Notes under the pieces: model-generated
Told to the model about the DNA's origin: nothing
Seen by the model: the letters and a program-made list of their open reading frames with translations, nothing else
The model's database searches: none
Part shown: piece after piece, positions 8,747-17,729 of the stretch
How positions within the stretch are numbered: position 1 is the first letter of the stretch
How the letters are laid out: every line of letters begins with the position of its first letter
Position numbers and translations under genes: made by a program
Assembly: GCA_016183245.1 (NCBI GenBank)
Contig: JACPEY010000011.1
Location: forward strand, 5,568 to 69,567
Reading direction: 5' to 3'
Source of the DNA: Candidatus Daviesbacteria bacterium
Lineage (GTDB): Bacteria > Patescibacteriota > Microgenomatia > Daviesbacterales > UBA10151
Length of the DNA: 64,000 nucleotides

Positions 8747-10308
8747 TAGTTATCGTATTTTAACGCCATTCGGGCAATAGAATATCCGTTGTAGTCAGGA
8801 TTTACCGGTGTCCTTGCTGCTATAAAGTTACCGTTGCTTGCCAGATTTGCTACATTGTTGTCTTTGAAAAAAGCTGCCAGGATTTTGGCTGATACTTCCG
8901 GATCCAGAGCAAGATCCGGCTCTTTAACCAGCCTATCTCCCAAACCGATTCTTTCTCCAATCTCCCGGTAATTGCGAAGGTGGGTGATTTGAATAAACCC
9001 CCGGCCAAAATAGTTTGCTCCTCCTTCATAACCGAACCGTCTGGCATTTACTGTTCCCTGTATTTCTTTAATAGGTTGGAAGGTTTCATCGGTTTCGTGT
9101 TCTACAGTTGCCAGAGCATAGGCTAAAACGTTGGAATCCAAAATGCCTTCTTTTGCTAAAGCATCAGCAATTATAGGGATATTAGTTCTGGCTGCCTCTT
9201 TCCCCTTTTGGGGTACGCCGGCAACTAACTGTTCAACGGCATTTTGGTCGAGCTGGACCGGTGCCGGTTTCTTATTGTCTTCCATTTCTGGTTGACGGTT
9301 GGGGATATAAAGAGGATAGTTGTGGCCGTTGCCATACCAGGCTCTTTCCATGACCAGTTTGTTTGCAGGAACCTTAAGTTGCAGATTAGCCAGTAGATTT
9401 GAAATATTTGCAAAATACTCATGCTCGTTATAGCCGAATACCGGATTTGATGGTTTAGTGTTTTTGGCCTCGGGAACGATAAAATTTGAGGCTATCAGGA
9501 AAATCCGGTCGCTTACACGGCCTAAAGCTTCTATATTATAAAGTGATTCACGATTGGTATGGATGCTGGGAACAGCTACAGCTACCTGAGTGTGTGGTAA
9601 CTCCAAATGGAGCTTGTCAGTTAAGAGTTTAATAAAGCCGGTGAATTTTTCCTGATAATTTTTTCCTCCACTGCCGGGCAGTTCGAAATCTATAGTGATA
9701 CCGTCAATATTGGAATTCCTGATTTCTTCTGCAGCCTGGTTCGCTAAGGCCTGTTGTGCATTTGGGTTGTCCAAAAGGTTTTGAATAATATCCTGGCTTA
9801 AGGCGGATAAAGTCAGGAAAATTTTGGTTTTCTGATAACGGGCCCGGTCAAAAAGATCTGCAGACGCACCTGAAATAAAAGACTGGTAGCCCCTGGAATA
9901 ATAATTCATCTCTCCGGTATCTGATAAAGGCACATCAAAAAAAGACAGGTGGGTTAGGCCGTTAAGGTCTATAGCAGGAAATTTATTGGGTGCCAGATCC
10001 GGAATAAAAGCAAAGGTTTCCTTAGTAGTGGTAGCGGGGGCAGTAGAGTACAGAGAGTGCAATGAAGAAGCTAAAGGAGATATGAGTCTTTGGGCGGGCT
10101 GCTTTATGCTAATAAGTACCGCAATTATCAGAATCAAATCTAGGATAGTGGCCAGCTTATACTTTGCTTTTTTTGGTCCTAAAAGTCCCTTTGCCTGTCG
10201 GAAAAGTTGGAAGAAAAGGCGTATGGCTTTCTTGGTTGTTGCCGGCAGTAAATACGTCATTACCTGGAAGAAAAATTCTTCTAAAGCCTGAAGTGCGGAT
10301 ACTAACAA
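8746..10308 (-). CDS. Membrane-anchored glycoside hydrolase with a GH18-like central domain and a C-terminal GH19/COG3179 lysozyme-chitinase-like domain.
   Basis: The protein has an N-terminal TM, a DGITIDFE block resembling the GH18 DxxDxDxE motif, and a C-terminal YFGRGFIQITHLRNY block resembling the GH19 YYGRGPIQL motif. Confidence 0.45.
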   Translation of the reverse strand: MLVSALQALEEFFFQVMTYLLPATTKKAIRLFFQLFRQAKGLLGPKKAKYKLATILDLILIIAVLISIKQPAQRLISPLASSLHSLYSTAPATTTKETFAFIPDLAPNKFPAIDLNGLTHLSFFDVPLSDTGEMNYYSRGYQSFISGASADLFDRARYQKTKIFLTLSALSQDIIQNLLDNPNAQQALANQAAEEIRNSNIDGITIDFELPGSGGKNYQEKFTGFIKLLTDKLHLELPHTQVAVAVPSIHTNRESLYNIEALGRVSDRIFLIASNFIVPEAKNTKPSNPVFGYNEHEYFANISNLLANLQLKVPANKLVMERAWYGNGHNYPLYIPNRQPEMEDNKKPAPVQLDQNAVEQLVAGVPQKGKEAARTNIPIIADALAKEGILDSNVLAYALATVEHETDETFQPIKEIQGTVNARRFGYEGGANYFGRGFIQITHLRNYREIGERIGLGDRLVKEPDLALDPEVSAKILAAFFKDNNVANLASNGNFIAARTPVNPDYNGYSIARMALKYDN

Positions 10309-10323
10309 AAATGAAGAGGCTTG

Positions 10324-10533
10324 TCAAGCTTTGTTTGTGAGATTTCTCACAAATCCCAGAGGATTATCATTCTCAATTGGAAATGAGTTAGATGATTTGA
10401 TTAAATCCATAAAGAGTAAACTTGCGATTACCAGGAAAGTAATAATTATCAAAAATAATAATAATATTTTATTATCAAAATCTTCTTTTAATACATTTGA
10501 TTTTAAAAGTGGAGTATTAATTAAAATATTCAT
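10324..10533 (-). CDS. Small hypothetical membrane protein.
   Basis: The ORF overlaps the upstream glsB-like gene by ATGA and has a single hydrophobic segment. Confidence 0.25.
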   Translation of the reverse strand: MNILINTPLLKSNVLKEDFDNKILLLFLIIITFLVIASLLFMDLIKSSNSFPIENDNPLGFVRNLTNKA

Positions 10534-10781
10534 GTTTTCCCAAAAGCCCTTTCTACAAATATCAAAAGCAGTGCACCCAGAATTGCTATGGCAACAGAAG
10601 GGAAATTAAGTCCGCTTATTCCTATACCAAAAACCAAATTTCCTAAAATTCCACCTAATATTGCTCCTAAAATAGATAAAATAATAGAACCCAAAATTCC
10701 TCCTTTTGTTGAAGATGGGTCAATTATATTGGTAATAATACCAATTGTAAGTCCGAATATTATCCATAAAACAATATTCAT
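10530..10781 (-). CDS. GlsB/YeaQ/YmgE-family stress membrane protein (transglycosylase-associated).
   Basis: Gly-rich TM repeats GILGSIILSILGAILGGILGNLVFG are typical of the family. Confidence 0.7.
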   Translation of the reverse strand: MNIVLWIIFGLTIGIITNIIDPSSTKGGILGSIILSILGAILGGILGNLVFGIGISGLNFPSVAIAILGALLLIFVERAFGKT

Positions 10782-10937
10782 ACAAATTAATATTACTTTT
10801 TAAAGATTAAAACCAATTCATAGGAAGGTAAGAAGTTGGCAAGAATTTTCTTGTAATAAATCTGTAATAAAAAAATTTTCTCTTGAACAATAAAAATAAT
10901 AAATATATAATGCGATCGCCCGGTAAATATAAAAAAT

Positions 10938-11609
10938 ATGGTTAGTAAGATCATAATAGTTGAAGATGACATAGGATTGCAGAAATATTTAAAAGAACTT
11001 CTTTTAAATAACGAATATTCACCCCAGACATTTTCTGATGGTATATCTGCTTTAAATTATATTGCAAAATCTGTTCCTGATTTAGTGATCTTAGATTTGG
11101 GTTTGCCTAATATGAGTGGTGAGTCGGTTTGTCAACAGATCAGAAAAGAATATCCGGAAATTCCGGTAATAATTTTAACTGCACGTGATGGAATTGCTGA
11201 TATTGTGCAGGGATTAAGCTTAGGGGCAGATGATTATATGACTAAGCCGTTTGTGGCTGATGAATTGCTGGCCCGGATTAAAGCCAGGCTCCGCCGTAGT
11301 GGAGAGCCCGATAACAAGTTAAAAATAGCAGATCTCGAGCTTGACAGAAAAACATTTGAGGTCAAACGACAAGGTAAAGTTATCCAGCTTACCCCCCAGG
11401 AGTTTAAGCTGCTTGAGTATTTAATGCACAATAAAGGCAGGATTTTAACCCGCGAGATGATTTTAAACAGGGTCTGGCTTTATTCGCAGGATATAGAAAC
11501 AAGGGTAGTTGATGTATATATGGGGTATTTGAGGAAAAAAATTGATGGGGGACAAAAGAAAAAGCTCCTCCACTCAGTCAGGGGTTTTGGTTATATGATC
11601 AAAGAGTAA
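10938..11609 (+). CDS. OmpR/PhoB-family response regulator (REC plus winged helix).
   Basis: The receiver domain has DD...D...K. The C-terminus has the winged-HTH blocks LTPQEFKLLEYLM, VW and VDVYMGYLRKKI. Confidence 0.85.
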   Translation: MVSKIIIVEDDIGLQKYLKELLLNNEYSPQTFSDGISALNYIAKSVPDLVILDLGLPNMSGESVCQQIRKEYPEIPVIILTARDGIADIVQGLSLGADDYMTKPFVADELLARIKARLRRSGEPDNKLKIADLELDRKTFEVKRQGKVIQLTPQEFKLLEYLMHNKGRILTREMILNRVWLYSQDIETRVVDVYMGYLRKKIDGGQKKKLLHSVRGFGYMIKE

Positions 11610-12819
11610 ATCCCAGAATTTCGTAAAAGCTTTTAAAAAGTTCGGGACTTTTTTTGGTTAATCTAAGTAAAAACTCTAATGCTTTAGGTGTATCCAGATT
11701 ATTGTCAAGGATCTGTATAAATTCATTATATTCTCTGGTTTGAATCTTTGTCATTCGGGGGAGGTCGAGACTTCGACCGACTCCAGAATCTGATTCTATA
11801 ATTTTCATATTCCTTTGGGCTTTTTGTAGATCTTTTTCTTTATATTCCCAGTCTTTGCTCCAGTGGCGGGAAAGTAGCAGCCACCTTATTGCATTAGGGG
11901 AGTATTTTTTTAGTAAATCTGAAACCATTATGAGATTGTCTTTAGATTTAGACATTCTTTGGCCACGATAGAAGGCTTGTCCTGTGTGAATCCAGTATTT
12001 TGCAAAAGGTGCTTTTCCGGTAGCTCCCTCGCTTTGGGCAATCTCTGCTTCATGATGAGGAAAGATTAAATCCCTGCCTCCTCCGTGAATATCGATCTGT
12101 TGTCCTAAGGTGGACATACTCATAGCAGAACATTCAATATGCCATCCCGGCCGGCCAGGTCCAAAAGGACTATCAAACGATGGGATATGGTCTGGAACTA
12201 CATTCCCACTTGCATTCCCACTTGACGAGTGGGAAGCTAAAGATCCCCGCCATAAAGTTATGTCCAGGGGATTTTTCTTATCCGGATTTCTTAAGTCTTC
12301 ATCAAATTCTTCAGCCTTTTTAATCATCTGCTTTTTTGTAAACTTGGATAATTTTCCATATTCAGGAAATCTGGAAATGTCTAAATATACAGAAGGACCT
12401 GTCTTATATGCATACCCATTTTGTAGCAGTGTATTAATTATTCGAATAATTGATACAAGTTGTTCTGAGGCTTTTAAATAATGGTCAGGAGGAGTCCAAT
12501 TTAGTACTTGCATATCCTGCAAAAACCTTTTGGTCCAAAAATCTGCCAGATCCTGCCAAGGTGTATTTTGTTCTTTGGCCCGTTGTAAAATATCTTTGTC
12601 GCGGTCATTGATATCCGTGACATTTTGGGTATAAATAACATTAAATCCTTTAAATTTTAAGTATCTGATGAGGACATCAAAAAAGATATAAGTAAAAGCA
12701 TGGCCTAAGTGGGTAGTATCATAAGGAGTAATCCCACAGACATAGATAGTAACTTTATTTTTGTGCAGCGGTTTAAATTCTTCCAGCCGTCGGCTTAAGG
12801 AGTTATAGATTTTCATCAC
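11599..12819 (-). CDS. cysS: Cysteinyl-tRNA synthetase.
   Basis: The HIGH motif (HLGHAFTY), KMSKS-like motif (RMSKS) and GRPGWHIECSAMS block are present. Confidence 0.85.
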   Translation of the reverse strand: MMKIYNSLSRRLEEFKPLHKNKVTIYVCGITPYDTTHLGHAFTYIFFDVLIRYLKFKGFNVIYTQNVTDINDRDKDILQRAKEQNTPWQDLADFWTKRFLQDMQVLNWTPPDHYLKASEQLVSIIRIINTLLQNGYAYKTGPSVYLDISRFPEYGKLSKFTKKQMIKKAEEFDEDLRNPDKKNPLDITLWRGSLASHSSSGNASGNVVPDHIPSFDSPFGPGRPGWHIECSAMSMSTLGQQIDIHGGGRDLIFPHHEAEIAQSEGATGKAPFAKYWIHTGQAFYRGQRMSKSKDNLIMVSDLLKKYSPNAIRWLLLSRHWSKDWEYKEKDLQKAQRNMKIIESDSGVGRSLDLPRMTKIQTREYNEFIQILDNNLDTPKALEFLLRLTKKSPELFKSFYEILGFTL

Positions 12820-13436
12820 TCAACTACTTCTTCACCTTCGAAGACAATATCGCTTGAAGGAGTATTTGCAGCTGCCTGGGATGCAGCGCTCTCCGGTGCG
12901 GCAAATGAGAAGTCTGATAAAATTTTATTATAAACATTCATCCAGAAATCCTCTTCTACTCGCGGCATCTCTATATTAAAAGATATCCCCTGATCCAAAG
13001 CGCCTAAGAGAAGTCTATCGCTTAATATAATTTCTTTTGCACTAAGTGTTCCTAATTTTACATCTTTTGAGGTTGTCCCGGCGCTTATATTTTTCTTAAG
13101 CCATTCATCAAGAGTCTTAAACTTGCTGTCGGTAATTTTTAAGCTTAAACTGCCGCTTACCTCTTTTGAAAAAAGTTGTATATCTGCATATGTGTTGTTA
13201 TCTGTGATTTCGCGGCTGACAATAGACAGGTTATCGGGATAGCTGAAGCTAAAACCGGAAGGATCAGTATATTCTATTAAAGTTTCAGACGGTAAAACTT
13301 TTTTAACTTGCTTTTGTTCAAATATTGTTGAAGGATTTAACAGGGGAGTTGCCGGTTTTTTGGGAGTTAGCAGCAAGTAGGCTGAAACAACTAATGTAAC
13401 AAGTAGACACACAATCAGAATTAGATATTTTCGCAT
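12816..13436 (-). CDS. Hypothetical membrane-anchored protein.
   Basis: An N-terminal TM is present and the ORF overlaps the cysS start. Confidence 0.4.
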   Translation of the reverse strand: MRKYLILIVCLLVTLVVSAYLLLTPKKPATPLLNPSTIFEQKQVKKVLPSETLIEYTDPSGFSFSYPDNLSIVSREITDNNTYADIQLFSKEVSGSLSLKITDSKFKTLDEWLKKNISAGTTSKDVKLGTLSAKEIILSDRLLLGALDQGISFNIEMPRVEEDFWMNVYNKILSDFSFAAPESAASQAAANTPSSDIVFEGEEVVE

Positions 13437-13504
13437 TACTTTTTAGTATATCACGGGCTATTTTTGACGGCAATTAATACAATGTGCTAAGCTGGTATTA
13501 GATA

Positions 13505-13963
13505 ATGAACAGGATAACTTTTCGTCATGGTGTAAAAGCATTAATCTTCTTGTTTCTTTTTGTAGTTATTTTACCCAAAGATCTAGAAGCAAAAGTATTG
13601 CCGCAAGCTCAAAAAGGGATACAAAAATCCGGTACTGCCACAAAAGCAGTAAAGACGGCAGGTATTGTCGTATCACCTAAGCTGCGTTCAGACAGGAGGG
13701 CTTTGATTATTAATTTCTCAAACCTGCAAAATGCTACTGCTGTTTCATATCTTTTAACCTACAAAACAAGCACTCAGGATGAAGGAGCAATGGGATCTTT
13801 AAATTTGGATGGTTCTGCAACTGCCAGAAATGAACTGCTTTTCGGGACATGTTCTAAAAATGTCTGCAGATACCATACAGGCATTAAGGATGCAAAACTG
13901 GATATATCCTATACGTTAAAAAACGGTAAAAAATACCTCAAAAAATACAAAATAAAAGTTTAA
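13505..13963 (+). CDS. Hypothetical secreted protein.
   Basis: A signal-peptide-like N-terminus is present. Confidence 0.4.
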   Translation: MNRITFRHGVKALIFLFLFVVILPKDLEAKVLPQAQKGIQKSGTATKAVKTAGIVVSPKLRSDRRALIINFSNLQNATAVSYLLTYKTSTQDEGAMGSLNLDGSATARNELLFGTCSKNVCRYHTGIKDAKLDISYTLKNGKKYLKKYKIKV

Positions 13964-14069
13964 TTTCTCCTTTGGTCTAAACTCCGAATTTGCTTACGTT
14001 TTTCGTTAGAAAAAGGCAAGCTCTGCTTATACATTTGGTCTAAGAGATGCACAATAAAGTATAGCAGGA

Positions 14070-14363
14070 TTATTTGAAATTGGTAAATCTAATTTCCAGA
14101 TGAGAGTTTAAGGCTTGGGCTAATTTTTTCAGAAAGGCAATTGATGGATTTGCCCGCCCTGATTCAAGTCTGGAAATTACCGATTGCTTTGTTCCAATTT
14201 TTTGCGCTAATTCCTTTTGGGTTAATCTCTTTTCAATCCTTGCTCTTAGAATAGCAAACTGTGGTTGTATTTTGTCATATTCTGCCCTCAGTTCAGGATC
14301 TTTTAAAGCTTCTTTTTCCCATACTTCGAAATCTAAATGTTGTCTATCTTTAGGTTTAATCAT
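14070..14363 (-). CDS. higA: XRE-family HTH antitoxin (HigA-like).
   Basis: An HTH (LTQKELAQKIGTKQSVISRLESG) lies immediately downstream of a Gp49/HigB-like toxin gene. Confidence 0.65.
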   Translation of the reverse strand: MIKPKDRQHLDFEVWEKEALKDPELRAEYDKIQPQFAILRARIEKRLTQKELAQKIGTKQSVISRLESGRANPSIAFLKKLAQALNSHLEIRFTNFK

Positions 14364-14375
14364 ATAGCATATATG

Positions 14376-14705
14376 CTATACTAGTTTTCTCATTCTGTCA
14401 AGCGCCACTTTTAATTCCTTTGGAGGCGTTTTCTGGCTTTTCTTTATAAAAGCGTGGAGTAAATAATATTTTCCTGCAGCTATTGTATAGAAAATTCTTA
14501 CCGATGATTTCCCCTGAATGCGAAGTTCATATAGTTTATTCTGTAACTTTTTAATGTCTGGTGGTTTTAAAAACGGACCATAATCTATTAACAATCTTAT
14601 CGAAAGATTAATTTTTGCAACTGTGTTTCTATCCTGCTTTTCAATAAACTCTTTAACGGGGTATTCACCTCTTGCTGTTTGGAAAAACAAAACTTTCCAT
14701 GCCAT
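14376..14705 (-). CDS. higB: RelE/ParE-superfamily toxin, Gp49/HigB-like.
   Basis: The KLYELRIQGKSSVRIFYTIAAGKYYLLHAFIKKSQKTP block matches the Gp49-like killer-protein pattern and pairs with the XRE gene. Confidence 0.65.
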   Translation of the reverse strand: MAWKVLFFQTARGEYPVKEFIEKQDRNTVAKINLSIRLLIDYGPFLKPPDIKKLQNKLYELRIQGKSSVRIFYTIAAGKYYLLHAFIKKSQKTPPKELKVALDRMRKLV

Positions 14706-14768
14706 ATGCTCAATATAGCATAAAGAGAATCTTCAGATTGAGGTGAATTGGAGAGGATAAAGTTTCGA

Positions 14769-15407
14769 TCACTGTGGTTCGTCTTTGGCGGCACAAGGAT
14801 CATTCTGTATTGGTATTTTATCAGATCTAATCTTTGTAAACTTGCCTGGATTTGAAGATTGCTTAATTTGTTCTGCAAAAATTCTGACTTTTTCAGGATT
14901 AACATTTAAAAGCTGAATATCCTCTAGATCTTTTGGTCGTTTTAGATTTCCCCACAGAACATTTTGTTTGCTCCAAACTTGTGCAACCGGACTCATAACT
15001 AATACTTCCCTTCCTTCAAAACTCACTGGCTGAAATTGCTCGAATAAAAAATCTACTAGCTTTTGATCGTATGGTAACTGATGATCTTGGAGCCATCTAT
15101 CTATTGAATGCACATCTATCGGTGGGCCTTCTGGATGCGGAGGGAATTCTGCAGCCATCGCACTATTACGTGTGAGGACATCTATATCTTTGGGCTTAAT
15201 CCTTTGTTGGTTTAGAAGATGTATTGCAGCTCCACCATAAATTAGATACTGAATTTGACCTTTTTCAATTTGTGGGAAAGTATTCAGTACAAATCTAAGA
15301 TGATTTTGCCATGGTTTTCCTAAATGCTCATCAAAATACATCCGTATTCGTTCTGAATACGGGTCGGGGGGTACAACGGTGGGTTTGGATTTATCTTCTT
15401 CAGTCAT
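14769..15407 (-). CDS. Hypothetical protein, possibly a minimal nucleotidyltransferase (Pol-beta-like fold).
   Basis: The motif YGGAAIHLL...KPKDIDVLT fits the GS-x(n)-DxD pattern. Confidence 0.35.
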   Translation of the reverse strand: MTEEDKSKPTVVPPDPYSERIRMYFDEHLGKPWQNHLRFVLNTFPQIEKGQIQYLIYGGAAIHLLNQQRIKPKDIDVLTRNSAMAAEFPPHPEGPPIDVHSIDRWLQDHQLPYDQKLVDFLFEQFQPVSFEGREVLVMSPVAQVWSKQNVLWGNLKRPKDLEDIQLLNVNPEKVRIFAEQIKQSSNPGKFTKIRSDKIPIQNDPCAAKDEPQ

Positions 15408-15597
15408 GTAGATTAAGTAAAATTATCAAGTTATTGTTATCTTCTTTCTTCTATTTTTAACAATTGTTAATTTGTGAGCCGGCAGGGGATAAGAGAATCT
15501 TGCCTTCCGCCATAGGCGGAACGTCGAACAGTCTTGTCCTTCGACTCGCTACGCTCGCTCAGGACGACGCAGTTGCAATCCTTGCGGCATTTACAAA

Positions 15598-15631
15598 AAA
15601 GACAGTCACAAGGACTGCTTTTTTTGTAAAG
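15598..15631 (-). terminator. Candidate bidirectional intrinsic terminator just 3' of tRNA-Lys(UUU).
   Basis: The stem-loop gacagtcacaaggactg is flanked by A-runs and T-runs on both strands. Confidence 0.4.
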
Positions 15632-15703
15632 TGAGCCGGCAGGGGATCGAACCCTGGACCAAGAGCTTAAAAGGCTCCTGCTCTACCGCTGAGCTACCGG
15701 CCC
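15632..15703 (-). tRNA. tRNA-Lys(UUU).
   Basis: A manual cloverleaf gives acceptor GGGCCGG/CCGGCUC, D-arm GCUCAGCGGUAGAGC, anticodon loop CUUUUAA and T-arm GGGUUCGAUCCCC. No CCA is encoded. Confidence 0.8.
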
Positions 15704-15784
15704 TCGCCCGCAACGCCAGCAAGCTGGCTTGCGTGGCGGGCGGGCCTCCTTGACGCAAACCAAACTCGTTTAACTAGCATTGCA

Positions 15785-16027
15785 TTAAATTCTATCCTTC
15801 AAAAACCGTCTGCCAAATCCTGTTTTAAAATACTGTTCCCTTCTAAACGCCTTATGCTTATCTGTGCAACCTTCAAAATAAACTAACTCTAATGGCCTTC
15901 TACTTTTAGTTGATTCTACTAACCCATCATTATGATCTTTAAGTCTTTGTTTTATAACAGATGTTGCTCCAACATAGAGCTTTCCATCCTTAATGCTTTT
16001 AAGAACATAAGTATAATAGAAACTCAT
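15785..16027 (-). CDS. GIY-YIG nuclease-superfamily protein (UPF0213-like).
   Basis: The motifs YTYVLKS...KLYVGATSVIKQRLKDHN are present. Confidence 0.65.
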   Translation of the reverse strand: MSFYYTYVLKSIKDGKLYVGATSVIKQRLKDHNDGLVESTKSRRPLELVYFEGCTDKHKAFRREQYFKTGFGRRFLKDRI

Positions 16028-16088
16028 TTGAGTTTAATCCATATTGTACTAAATTTGCCTCAATTTTGCTAATATTAGCTCATGTTTT

Positions 16089-16754
16089 TTGGAGCTAAAA
16101 ATGTGGTCTAATACTAAATTATTAGTCTCAGCCAGTATATTTATCATCATCACAGGATTAGGCTTTTTATGGTTTGGACTAAAGCAGCCAAAAACAGTCC
16201 AACCTGTTCAAGTTCCACCGCCTACACTGATTAATGAAAGTTCTCCGGTTGCCACTGATTCTGCAAGACTACCTTCCCACTCGTCAGGTGTCGAGTCAAA
16301 CTCGACTAACCGAGTTAGACTCGGTGGGAATGTGTTTGGGATAGAAGGTGATAAGATTTTAGTTTCCAAAGTGGTGGATGGCGATACTATAGAGTTGGCA
16401 AACGGACAAACAGTGCGTTTGATAGGAATAGATACTCCGGAAACAGTTGATCCCCGCCGTCCTGTTGGCTGTTTTGGGAAAGAAGCATCAAACGAAGCTA
16501 AAAGTTTACTTTCAGGAAAGGAAATCATATTGCAAAAGGATGTTTCGGAAACTGATAAATACAAAAGGCTTCTCCGTTATGTTTTTCTGCCGCTTGAGAA
16601 TGGCCAGGTGCTTTTTGTGAATGATTATTTAGTAAGGGAAGGTTTTGCTAAAGTATTAACTTATCCTCCGGATGTAAAGTTTAATGAGCAGTTCAGGCAA
16701 GCTGAAAAAGAGGCCAGGGAGAATCGTAGAGGATTATGGGGTAGATGCAATTAA
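16089..16754 (+). CDS. Thermonuclease, staphylococcal-nuclease (SNase)-like, membrane-anchored.
   Basis: An N-terminal TM is followed by the SNase blocks VVDGDTIELANGQTVRLIGIDTPE and NDYLVREGFA. Confidence 0.75.
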   Translation: MELKMWSNTKLLVSASIFIIITGLGFLWFGLKQPKTVQPVQVPPPTLINESSPVATDSARLPSHSSGVESNSTNRVRLGGNVFGIEGDKILVSKVVDGDTIELANGQTVRLIGIDTPETVDPRRPVGCFGKEASNEAKSLLSGKEIILQKDVSETDKYKRLLRYVFLPLENGQVLFVNDYLVREGFAKVLTYPPDVKFNEQFRQAEKEARENRRGLWGRCN

Positions 16755-16791
16755 TTCTTTGATATGGTACGTTAGAATTGTCCAAAGATAC

Positions 16792-17277
16792 ATGAAAAAA
16801 TTTATTTTTCAAGCAATCCTTTTGCTTTTGGTTAGCGGAGTAGCAATTTTTTTATTCAGAGCAGGCCCGGATATTTCCAGCCTGCCATTTATGCCGGAAA
16901 AGCCGGTTATCCGTCAGCTTCAGATTAATACTGTGACTTTGAAAGTAGAGGTGGCAGATACCAAGGATAAAAGAAGTAAAGGGTTGGGGGGTAAGGAAAG
17001 ATTAGCAGTAGATGAGGGCATGTTGTTTATATTTCCTCAACCCGGGGAATATCCGTTTTGGATGAAAGGATTAACGTTTCCTTTAGATTTTGTCTGGATA
17101 AGAGGGGACAAGGTGGTGGATTTGACTCCAAATGTGCAACCGCCTACTTCCGGACAATCTGATCAATCTTTACCAATTTACCAGTCCAAGGAAAGTGTGG
17201 ATAAAGTTTTAGAAGTGAATGCAGGAACAATTCAAAGGTTGGATATTAAAGTGGGGAATACTATCAAGATAATTTAA
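16792..17277 (+). CDS. DUF192 (COG1430) domain protein.
   Basis: The LAVDEGMLFIFPQPGEYPFWMKGLTFPLDFVWI block is present. The start was moved to the internal MKKFIF because the 16684 start overlaps the upstream gene. Confidence 0.6.
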   Translation: MKKFIFQAILLLLVSGVAIFLFRAGPDISSLPFMPEKPVIRQLQINTVTLKVEVADTKDKRSKGLGGKERLAVDEGMLFIFPQPGEYPFWMKGLTFPLDFVWIRGDKVVDLTPNVQPPTSGQSDQSLPIYQSKESVDKVLEVNAGTIQRLDIKVGNTIKII

Positions 17278-17286
17278 AACTGCAAT

Positions 17287-17718
17287 ATGGTTGAGATACT
17301 GCCTGTTAGATTATTGACGGATGAAGATGCGCCGATTTATGGCAGCCTTAATGTGGCTCTTGCTAAGCTTCTAAGGAGTGGATTGCCGGTGGGAAATGGT
17401 ATCGTAATTACTCACCCGCAGATTAAATTAAAAACAGTGCTGGAACATTTTGATTTCAGTACAAAAGAAGTTTTTCAGCAAACACTTACTCTGGTAAAAA
17501 AAGAGATAAATACAGTTCCTGTTCCGCAGATTTTAAATAAAGAAGCAGGCAAACATAAGCAATTTCTTTTGAAGGGAGAGAAAATAAAGTCAGTCAAAAG
17601 TCTTTGGTTTAGTTTACTAAATATTTGGTTTGAGCAAATAAAAGAAAGACTTTGGAATAACGGGTTTTATAAAGACTTTGGAATAACGGGTTTTATTCAG
17701 GTATTACTGAGGGCCTAG
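17287..17718 (+). CDS. Hypothetical protein.
   Basis: An intact ORF with no recognised motif. Confidence 0.35.
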   Translation: MVEILPVRLLTDEDAPIYGSLNVALAKLLRSGLPVGNGIVITHPQIKLKTVLEHFDFSTKEVFQQTLTLVKKEINTVPVPQILNKEAGKHKQFLLKGEKIKSVKSLWFSLLNIWFEQIKERLWNNGFYKDFGITGFIQVLLRA

Positions 17719-17729
17719 AGCCGCAGATT

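Noticed and set aside
5037-10291. Plus-strand ORFs of 60-101 aa (5037, 6600, 7045, 7722, 8151, 9986) opposite the GDSL hydrolase, PBP1A, DD-carboxypeptidase and glycosidase genes.
   Set aside because: They are antisense to long minus-strand genes that carry clear catalytic motifs, and they have no independent support.
14597-14905. ORF overlapping both the higB toxin gene and the nucleotidyltransferase-like gene.
   Set aside because: It overlaps two better-supported genes on the same strand and has no recognisable features, so it is probably spurious.
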